Source: Promethearchaeum syntrophicum
Lineage (GTDB): Archaea; Asgardarchaeota; Lokiarchaeia; Sigyniarchaeales; Promethearchaeaceae
NCBI RefSeq assembly: GCF_008000775.2
Contig: NZ_CP042905.2
Location: 2,760,001-2,792,000 of the forward strand
Reading direction: 5' to 3'
DNA length: 32,000 nt
Translations under genes and position numbers: made by a program
Shown: positions 8,375 through 15,570 of the stretch, in pieces
How positions within the stretch are numbered: position 1 is the stretch's first letter
How the letters are laid out: every line of letters starts with the position of its first letter
The notes under the pieces: generated by a model
Seen by the model: the letters and a program-made list of their open reading frames with translations, nothing else
Database searches by the model: none
What the model was told of the DNA's origin: nothing

Positions 8375-9916
8375 ATGAGTTGGATCGTTTTAGGGGAAGA
8401 TAAGGGAGAAATTAGTCTTGTATCTTCAAGGGAAATTGATGGTATTGCACCGAAAGGAACTTATCTCACAGTAGAAAATGAGAAGAAAAAATATATTGTT
8501 AGAGTCACGAAAAGCTTTCAGACTCAACCATACAATCCTTCACCCTTGTTGATAGATATGAATTTAGAGGGTTTAGAAGCGGATAAAAAATGTCAAAATA
8601 TAATTAAAGCAGTCAGAATTAAAGATATTTCCGATAGAGATGATGGATTAATTGATTTTATACGCCCTCAATTAAAAGCCAGAAGGTCTACAGTTCAAGA
8701 AGTAAAAGATGCGGTAAAAGATAAGAAAGACGGTATCCCAATATTTTTATCTACGGTATTTGCAAATTCCATTCAAATTTTAAAGGACAACAATAAAAAT
8801 CCGATACATATTAATTTGCATGATGACATTTTTTTTCATCAAATACTGATATGTGGAAAAACTGGAAGGGGAAAAACGGTGGCTTCGAAATATTTAGCAC
8901 AATTTTTTGTGGAAAAAATAAAAGGTGCGGTTTTAGCAGTTAATGTAAAAGAAACAGATTTAATTAAGATGTATAAGAAATCTGAAACAAAGGATGCTTC
9001 GATTTTAAAGGAATGGGATGCTATTGGAGAATCAGCTCATGGAATGTTTAATTTTCAAGTGTATTATCCTTCGAATACATCATATTCCCCCGATTTGGAC
9101 ATAGATAGAACATATTTTAAACCAATAACATTGAATATTAATGAAATCGACCCTGAATCTTTAAAAGGGATTTTAAATAACATTACAGATATTGCTGCTC
9201 ATCACCTTCCTGATATTTTTAGACATTGGAAGGATTTTCAAACTTCTGACGATTATAAATTTATGGACTTTTATAATTATTTTTCAAGAAATGATAATCG
9301 AGAATTCCCAACTTTAAATTTAAGAGGGGATGAAGCCCAAATTAAATTACCTTATGGGACCTATCAAAATATTTTGAGAAATTTAAATTCCGCTGCAGAA
9401 TTCTTCGATGATCCTGATGGTGAATTTATAACCGAAAATAATATTCTAAACAGAGAAACAATGAGTGTTATTGATGTGGCAAATAAAAATGGGATTAATT
9501 TCGGAGCGATTTTATTACGGGACTTATTAAAAAGAATAGAAAAAGCAAAAACTGAAGGAAAATCGAATGTACCAATTTTGATAATCATAGATGAAGTACA
9601 TCAATTTTATAAAAATGCAAATTCTGCTGAAGCTTTAGGAGATCTTGATGTTATATGTAGAACAGGGAGAAGCAAGAAAATTGGTGTAATTTTTTCATCT
9701 CAAAATCCTAATGATATTCCAAAAGGATTGGAATCGGTCATTAACACTAAAATTTTCTTCGGATCGGAACACTCAGTTATTAAAAAATTCGGTTTTAATG
9801 TTTCTGAGAATGAAATAGAAAATTTGGAAAGAGGATATGCTCTAGCTACGATTTATGGTACACCTCAGGTTAAATTTATAAAATTCCCTCTTTCTTTTTC
9901 AGGTGTTTTCACATAG
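8375..9916 (+). CDS. herA: HerA/FtsK-type hexameric ATPase (DUF87-like)
   Basis: The N-terminal beta-barrel-like segment is GEISLVSSREIDGIAPKGTYLTVENEKKKYIVRV. Walker A is ICGKTGRGKT (nt 8855-8878) and Walker B is ILIIIDEVHQF. The Arg-finger/sensor region CRTGRSKKIGVIFSSQNPNDIP is typical of HerA. Confidence 0.8.
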   Translation: MSWIVLGEDKGEISLVSSREIDGIAPKGTYLTVENEKKKYIVRVTKSFQTQPYNPSPLLIDMNLEGLEADKKCQNIIKAVRIKDISDRDDGLIDFIRPQLKARRSTVQEVKDAVKDKKDGIPIFLSTVFANSIQILKDNNKNPIHINLHDDIFFHQILICGKTGRGKTVASKYLAQFFVEKIKGAVLAVNVKETDLIKMYKKSETKDASILKEWDAIGESAHGMFNFQVYYPSNTSYSPDLDIDRTYFKPITLNINEIDPESLKGILNNITDIAAHHLPDIFRHWKDFQTSDDYKFMDFYNYFSRNDNREFPTLNLRGDEAQIKLPYGTYQNILRNLNSAAEFFDDPDGEFITENNILNRETMSVIDVANKNGINFGAILLRDLLKRIEKAKTEGKSNVPILIIIDEVHQFYKNANSAEALGDLDVICRTGRSKKIGVIFSSQNPNDIPKGLESVINTKIFFGSEHSVIKKFGFNVSENEIENLERGYALATIYGTPQVKFIKFPLSFSGVFT

Positions 9917-9936
9917 TAAATAATGGGGTTTAAAAA

Positions 9937-10086
9937 ATGTTAGATGAAGAAAAAAAAATGTTTGGTAATTTAATAGATAGTTTGCACCCTAATGATTTAG
10001 AAAGAAAAATAATTATGTTGCTTCACGAAAAGAAGAATTTTGATGAAATAATTGATATTTTATTGGAAAATGATGTGGATGATTGA
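9937..10086 (+). CDS. Untracked 49-aa acidic helical micro-protein (hypothetical)
   Basis: I translated this by hand: MLDEEKKMFGNLIDSLHPNDLERKIIMLLHEKKNFDEIIDILLENDVDD*. It starts with ATG 21 nt after the HerA stop. Its stop at 10084-10086 overlaps the likely ATG (10079) of the next gene within ATGATTGA. It is below the size cutoff of the ORF track. In such AT-rich DNA a 49-codon ORF can occur by chance. Confidence 0.4.
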   Translation: MLDEEKKMFGNLIDSLHPNDLERKIIMLLHEKKNFDEIIDILLENDVDD

Positions 10087-12178
10087 AATTAATTACAAGT
10101 TGGAAAGAATAGAAAATGGTGAGGTGATTTCTTCTTATAATGTTCCCAAAGAAATACAAGCAATCCCCCGATTTTCTGTTATAGAAGCACCCAATTCTTC
10201 AGGAAAAAGTACTCTTTTTCATATTATTTCTATAGCATTTGGAGGTACTACTGATAAATCCATTCCTGATTCTTTAAAAACAAAAATGAAAAATTTATTG
10301 GATAGAAATCATCATAATTTAGAGTTTGAAATAAAAATCTTTGAAAATGATGAAGTTTTACTACGATCCTGGAAATCAAAAATGGATACAGTTCCTAATA
10401 TCGAATGTCGTATAATGAATTCGTTAAAAGTAACCAATCTGATTAATTTTAAGGAAAAATTTAAGTTGATCTATGATATTCCTGAGGATCCTATTGGAAG
10501 ATTGAATGCAATGATTCCTGATATAAAATTCTTCTTCTCCGAAATAATGAATAAATTAAAACACTTTTTAAGAAATATTAACGACCTTCAAAAGGAATTA
10601 AAGAAATACGATAAAGAGATTTTGAACAAAAAAAAGAAAAAACTGGAAGAAAATAGTGAATTAATGAAAAGAATGAATTTAAAACTAGATAAAGATGAAA
10701 AATTTATAAACGACTTGGAAAAAGCATTTATTTTTAAATATTATAGGAAATATGAAAGGGAAAAGAAAGAATGCGAGAAAGATATAAAAATACTAGAAAA
10801 AGATGAACGAAAATTAATGAAAGCTGGAACTCAGAAAAAATCGAATTTAAATGCAATGGAAATACAGCTTAAATCGTCCTATGTAAATTTAAAAAGTAAT
10901 CTATACAAAATTTTAGAGGATTTGGATGGAAAAATTGAGAAGAAACAATTAATAGAGTTGAAAGAAATTGAATTTTTAGATTATAGTGACAATAAAACCC
11001 TCCCGAATAATTTCAAAGAAAACTTGGGAGTTATTGAAGAATGTTTAAACGAAAAGCAGAAAGAAATTCCACAAGAAGATATTAAAAAAATTAAATTATT
11101 TTCCGAATTATTGAAAATATTAGAGAATTACAAGAAATATGAAATAGAAATGCCTGGAAAAATACAACTTAAAATTTTCATGAGTGATCTGGAAAAAAAC
11201 TTGAAAGATTTACATAATATCCAAAAAAAAAATAGTTTTTTTTCAGAAAAAATAAAAAATATTAATGAAATTAAGAAAACTTTTATTAAAACAGAAGAAA
11301 AATTAGAGAAATATCATAGTAAAAGAATTGAATACACGAAAGCTGATTTAAAAAAACAGGAAAATATTATTGATGATTTACTTGCAAAAAAAAAAAAAGA
11401 ATGTAAAAAAATTACTAATGTTTTTCTACAATATGAAAAAAGATATAATATTTTAGGAAGACCTGTTGGAATTGACATTATTCCAATTAGTACAAAAAAA
11501 TTTAATGATTATCAATATTTGGATGAAAAATCCCTCGAAAAGGCAATTAGAGATTTTAAAAATACAAATTCAAAAAAACATAATGAAATAAATAATTTGA
11601 AATCTCAAAATAAGGATTTAAGTAAAGATATAGAAGATATGGAAGAAAAAGGACCTCATAAGTATCAGAAACATGAAGAAAAAATAAAATCAATTAGAGA
11701 AGTGGCTGCAAAACTTACAAATTCATATGAAGAAAAATATGTTAAATTTTTTGATGATATTCAAAATAAAAACGTGAAAAAACTAATTAGAGAAGAGAAA
11801 CTAAAATTTTTTGAAATTATTTTTAGCTTTTTAGGTAAAAGAATTAAGCAAGTTAAGCATGAGGATAAAATATATGAAATTAAATCAATGGATTTAATTA
11901 AAGAAGAGATAATTACTAGTAAAGGAGAAAAAATTAGATTCATTGATATGGGAACGGGTCAATCTCAAAGTGCTTATTTACGAAGTAAACTTACTACTAC
12001 AGATAATAAAAAAATTATTGCATTATTTGATGAAATCTCAAATATGGATAATAAATCACTTGAATTGTTATATTCTAAAATAAATGAAAATTTTTTAAAG
12101 AAAAAACAGTTAATATGTCTATTAAATCAACCAGATATTCATAATCAAGGTGTAATAACAGTTAGGAGTCTGGAGTAA
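10052..12178 (+). CDS. SMC/Rad50/RecF-class ABC ATPase with a long coiled-coil insert and no zinc hook
   Basis: Walker A is EAPNSSGKSTLF (nt ~10190-10213). About 450 aa of Lys/Glu-rich heptad-like sequence follows. The signature-like motif is DMGTGQSQSAYL (nt ~11944-11980) and Walker B/D-loop is KIIALFDEISNMD. No CxxC occurs in the coiled coil. The tracked TTG start at 10052 is doubtful; the ATGs at 10070/10073/10079 are better (MIEINYKLERIENGEV...). Confidence 0.75.
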   Translation: MIFYWKMMWMIEINYKLERIENGEVISSYNVPKEIQAIPRFSVIEAPNSSGKSTLFHIISIAFGGTTDKSIPDSLKTKMKNLLDRNHHNLEFEIKIFENDEVLLRSWKSKMDTVPNIECRIMNSLKVTNLINFKEKFKLIYDIPEDPIGRLNAMIPDIKFFFSEIMNKLKHFLRNINDLQKELKKYDKEILNKKKKKLEENSELMKRMNLKLDKDEKFINDLEKAFIFKYYRKYEREKKECEKDIKILEKDERKLMKAGTQKKSNLNAMEIQLKSSYVNLKSNLYKILEDLDGKIEKKQLIELKEIEFLDYSDNKTLPNNFKENLGVIEECLNEKQKEIPQEDIKKIKLFSELLKILENYKKYEIEMPGKIQLKIFMSDLEKNLKDLHNIQKKNSFFSEKIKNINEIKKTFIKTEEKLEKYHSKRIEYTKADLKKQENIIDDLLAKKKKECKKITNVFLQYEKRYNILGRPVGIDIIPISTKKFNDYQYLDEKSLEKAIRDFKNTNSKKHNEINNLKSQNKDLSKDIEDMEEKGPHKYQKHEEKIKSIREVAAKLTNSYEEKYVKFFDDIQNKNVKKLIREEKLKFFEIIFSFLGKRIKQVKHEDKIYEIKSMDLIKEEIITSKGEKIRFIDMGTGQSQSAYLRSKLTTTDNKKIIALFDEISNMDNKSLELLYSKINENFLKKKQLICLLNQPDIHNQGVITVRSLE

Positions 12179-12180
12179 AA

Positions 12181-13116
12181 ATGGAAATTGAAAATTCTAT
12201 TACCGATGATCAGCTTTCGATTTTAGAATATTATTATATAAAATTAAGGGGAAAAATCAAATTAGCAAAAAAAAAATCATTGTATACCTATTTCTTAAAA
12301 GCAAGTTTAAATAGAAATTTTAAAATTATTCAAAGTTCAGTAGGTTTTTTCCCTGAAAAATTCTCAAATACTGCTTTAGAAGAACTAATTGATAAGAAAT
12401 TAATTTATGAAATGAAATTTAGAAATAAATATACGATCTCAGGAAAAGGCATTTTCTTTTATGAATTAGCAATCAATAAATTATCTGTTATAGATTTAGT
12501 CGATAATCTTGAACGTTTTTTTGATTTCGATAGTAAAGCCCAAGAGAAATTGAAGGAATCCGAAAAAATAATTTTAACTATGATGTTATGTCTAAGATCA
12601 TTTTCTAGTGAAGAAAAAATATCAATCAAAGACAACCTTCACTTGGAATCGTTAGATAATTTAATTGGAGATATTATCAAATTTCTGTCAGATGAAGAGA
12701 TCACTAAAAAAATTAAAACTAAAAATGAGTTTTATAAATCAAAAAAAAAAAGAATTGAAACTGAAACTGATTACGGTCCATTAGTTGATGAATACATACT
12801 ATACGAAGCTTTTCATAATAAAACCAGGGATTTGCCAAAAAGAAGTGAATATATTTTCTGTTCTACAGGAAACAAAGAATATTATTTGAATTTAACTGAT
12901 GAATCAATGAATCTAAGTTATGAAAAAATTGAATTTCTAATTAATAAGATATTGAATTCAGTGCCTACAAATAACAAACATGCTAATTTAAAAAGATATT
13001 TGGAGTTTTTAGAAGAAAAATCATTAGAGAAGATATCATCAATTATGGCAAGTAATAAATTCAATAAGATTGAAGTTTCGGAAAATATTAGAAATAAAAT
13101 CTTATTTGGATTATAA
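12181..13116 (+). CDS. Hypothetical protein with an N-terminal winged-helix-like domain; last gene of the NurA/HerA/SMC-like operon
   Basis: The gene starts 2 nt after the SMC-like gene stop. LSILEYYYIKLRG ... ALEELIDKKLIYEMKFRNKYTISGKGIFFYE looks like a helix-turn-helix plus beta-wing. It has no calcineurin-type phosphoesterase motifs (DxH, GDxxD, GNHD/E), so it is not Mre11. Confidence 0.5.
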   Translation: MEIENSITDDQLSILEYYYIKLRGKIKLAKKKSLYTYFLKASLNRNFKIIQSSVGFFPEKFSNTALEELIDKKLIYEMKFRNKYTISGKGIFFYELAINKLSVIDLVDNLERFFDFDSKAQEKLKESEKIILTMMLCLRSFSSEEKISIKDNLHLESLDNLIGDIIKFLSDEEITKKIKTKNEFYKSKKKRIETETDYGPLVDEYILYEAFHNKTRDLPKRSEYIFCSTGNKEYYLNLTDESMNLSYEKIEFLINKILNSVPTNNKHANLKRYLEFLEEKSLEKISSIMASNKFNKIEVSENIRNKILFGL

Positions 13117-13336
13117 CAAAGGGAAGCTGTGATTATGAAATATCCATATCTTTTTCGAAATTTTATCTTTTAAGAACTATATTGTGTGATAAAGCACTTT
13201 TGTCTCAAATAATAACTATAATTACTCTTGAATCTGAATATATTTTATCTATTCCAATGAACGGAATTATGTATGAAAATAGGAATTTGGAATAATTTAG
13301 AAAGATTTTTTAAATTTACTGGGAGAATATCTATTA

Positions 13337-14605
13337 ATGGAAGAGACTGATGTTAAATTTAAATTTTATTCTAAAATTTTTCACGTTAATGGAGATGAAT
13401 TAATTAGTAATGATTTTATAGCGATTTCTGAATTAGTGAAGAATAGTTTTGATGCGAAAGCAAAAAGAGTAGAAATAATTTACGAAGAATCAAAAGGCGA
13501 AACAGGAGACACTAATGGAAGATTTATTATAGAAGATGATGGAGAAGGTATGGATAAAGATATTATTATTGATTATTGGATGGGAGTAGCAGGAGATTAT
13601 AAAGAAGAATTAAAAAAAAAAGGTAAAACATTATTGGGTGATAAAGGAATAGGTAGATTGGCAGCATCACGTATTTCCAATCAATTGATTATGATAACTA
13701 GACCAAAAAAAAAAAATATTGAATACAAAATCAAAATAAATTGGAATAAAATATTTGAAGAACGGTATGCAACGGATTATTCTACGAAATTAAGAGAATA
13801 TTTACCAGAAAACTTTCGAAAAAAAAGTGGAACAAAGTTAATATTAGAAAATATTAAACATAAATGGAATGAGACAAAATTAAAAGAATTAAAAAATCAT
13901 TTATCAAGATTAATTAATCCATTAAATCCAAGTATTGATAAAAAAATTCGTTTAACTCTTCCAGATAAATATAAATCTCTTTCTGGATATATTTTTTCTT
14001 CTAAAATTATAAAAACTCCAATGTATTCAATCAAAGGAAGAATTGATGAGTCAGGAATAATTACTTTTTCAGCTTCATGTAAATTAATTGAGGAATCAAG
14101 ATTAGAAGAATTTTCGAATAAAAAAGAAAAAATTCAAATGGAAAAATTTGCCAAATTTCAGTTTGAATATAGATACTGGGATTTTGATGATCCTTTGCTT
14201 AATAAATTGTCTAATATTATTGACTATGTAAAAACAGAAATTCGAAAAAATATAATATATCACTCAGGAATAAGTGTATATCGTGATAATTTTCGAGTTA
14301 TGCCATATGGTGATTATAATTTAGATTGGCTTGATTTAAATACTAGAAGAATTAAGCGATTGTCAGATTTCATTCAAAATGACCATATTATTGGAGCAAT
14401 TTCATTTTCTTCAAAAGATAATCCAGATTTAAAGGATCAATCAAATCGTGAAGGTTTTGACAAAAATATTGAATTTCAAATATTTAAGGATACGGTCATC
14501 AAGACAATTTCAATTTTAGAAAGATTTCGACATATTTTTCTAATGGAAATAAAAAAAAAAAAAAAGAAGCAAAAAAAAAGAAACAAAAAATCGATGAACT
14601 TTTAA
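13337..14605 (+). CDS. GHKL (Bergerat-fold, MORC/HATPase_c_3-like) ATPase; probably the N-terminal part of a longer frameshifted gene
   Basis: The N-box is ISELVKNSFDAKA, the G1 box is IEDDGEGMD and the G2 box is GDKGIGRLAASR. A conserved-looking GISVYRDNFRVMPYGD...DWLDL segment follows. The last 17 aa (KKKKKKQKKRNKKSMNF) are read through A15 and A9 tracts and look like out-of-frame translation. Confidence 0.7.
   Translation: MEETDVKFKFYSKIFHVNGDELISNDFIAISELVKNSFDAKAKRVEIIYEESKGETGDTNGRFIIEDDGEGMDKDIIIDYWMGVAGDYKEELKKKGKTLLGDKGIGRLAASRISNQLIMITRPKKKNIEYKIKINWNKIFEERYATDYSTKLREYLPENFRKKSGTKLILENIKHKWNETKLKELKNHLSRLINPLNPSIDKKIRLTLPDKYKSLSGYIFSSKIIKTPMYSIKGRIDESGIITFSASCKLIEESRLEEFSNKKEKIQMEKFAKFQFEYRYWDFDDPLLNKLSNIIDYVKTEIRKNIIYHSGISVYRDNFRVMPYGDYNLDWLDLNTRRIKRLSDFIQNDHIIGAISFSSKDNPDLKDQSNREGFDKNIEFQIFKDTVIKTISILERFRHIFLMEIKKKKKKQKKRNKKSMNF
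14551..14565 (+). repeat. A15 homopolymer at the junction of the GHKL and histidine-kinase reading frames (followed by an A9 run at 14571-14579)
   Basis: I counted this directly in the sequence. It is the longest A-run I found in the window, and the only long run that coincides with a change of open reading frame. Confidence 0.9.
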
Positions 14606-14655
14606 TTTATCAAAAAAGAAAAAAGAAAAAGACTCAGCAACGTCGAAAAGATGAA

Positions 14656-15564
14656 TTGGTCAAAGTCAAAAATTTAAAAGAAAATATTGTTAATATTTCA
14701 AAATTAACAAGCACAAGCGATCTTAAAACAGCGTCCAAAAAGATTGAAAAATCTTTAACGATCTTTGAAAATTCTATAAAAAATTTACAAAAAGAAGAAG
14801 TAAAACAAATCCAAGATGAAATGGAATTAGTAAAAAATACAATTAGTGAAAATAAGAAAGAAAAGAAAGAAATTAAAGAATTAAAAGGTTTATGTTCAAT
14901 CGGACTTCAAGTTGAAACTTTGATACATGATGGTAATAGCATTTTATATCATTTATCTAATATTGTAAGTGATAGCAAAGATGAATTCGAAAATGAAGAA
15001 AAAGTTCTATCTAAATTGAATAATATATCTGATGAAGTAAATTCTTTACAGTTTGTCTTAGATAGGATAAACCCTATAACAAAGAAAGGTTATAACAAAA
15101 AAATATCAATAAATTTAAGTGATTTTTTAAAGAATTATGTAAATAAATGGAAAAATCAATTAAAAACTGATCAATTTACAATTAATGTTGATATTCCTAA
15201 AAGAGATATAAAAATATCTTTGATGCAAGGTGAAATTTGTACTATAATTATGAATTTGCTTGATAATAGTATATTTTGGCTTGCACAAGATAAAACAAAT
15301 CATAATAAAAAAATTGTTATAGATATTCAATCTAAAAAAAAAAACTTGCATCTAATTTTTTCTGACAATGGTAAAGGTGTTCCTAAATCGGAACAAAAAA
15401 GGATATTTGAACCCAGAATATCTTTAAAACAAGATGAAGGATGGGGACTAGGATTATATATTATAAGAGAAATTTTGGATGAATTAAATGGGGAAATACA
15501 ATATCGTGATTCACCACTTCCTGGAGCAAATTTTATAATAATAATACCAAAAATTGTGTTGTGA
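14656..15564 (+). CDS. Histidine kinase core (HisKA_3-like DHp plus HATPase_c catalytic domain)
   Basis: The candidate phospho-His is in ETLIH91DGNSILYHL (nt 14926-14928), resembling the LHD motif of HisKA_3. The N-box is IIMNLLDNSIFW, G1 is SDNGKGVP and G2 is GWGLGLYIIREI. The only in-frame start is a TTG. The frame is open upstream to nt 14488, which suggests fusion with the upstream GHKL ORF. Confidence 0.75.
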   Translation: MVKVKNLKENIVNISKLTSTSDLKTASKKIEKSLTIFENSIKNLQKEEVKQIQDEMELVKNTISENKKEKKEIKELKGLCSIGLQVETLIHDGNSILYHLSNIVSDSKDEFENEEKVLSKLNNISDEVNSLQFVLDRINPITKKGYNKKISINLSDFLKNYVNKWKNQLKTDQFTINVDIPKRDIKISLMQGEICTIIMNLLDNSIFWLAQDKTNHNKKIVIDIQSKKKNLHLIFSDNGKGVPKSEQKRIFEPRISLKQDEGWGLGLYIIREILDELNGEIQYRDSPLPGANFIIIIPKIVL

Positions 15565-15570
15565 TTAATT

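Noticed and set aside
10052-10078. The TTG start at 10052 for the SMC-like gene, which gives the N-terminus MIFYWKMMWM.
   Set aside because: The first nine codons look non-native and overlap the small upstream ORF. ATG codons at 10070/10073/10079 give the typical ABC-head N-terminus (MIEINYKLERI...). I kept the tracked coordinates in the feature but flagged them.
12181-13116. I considered whether the 311-aa protein after the Rad50-like gene is a divergent Mre11.
   Set aside because: None of the calcineurin-like phosphoesterase motifs (DxH, GDxxDR, GNHD/E, GH) are present. The N-terminus instead looks like a winged helix.
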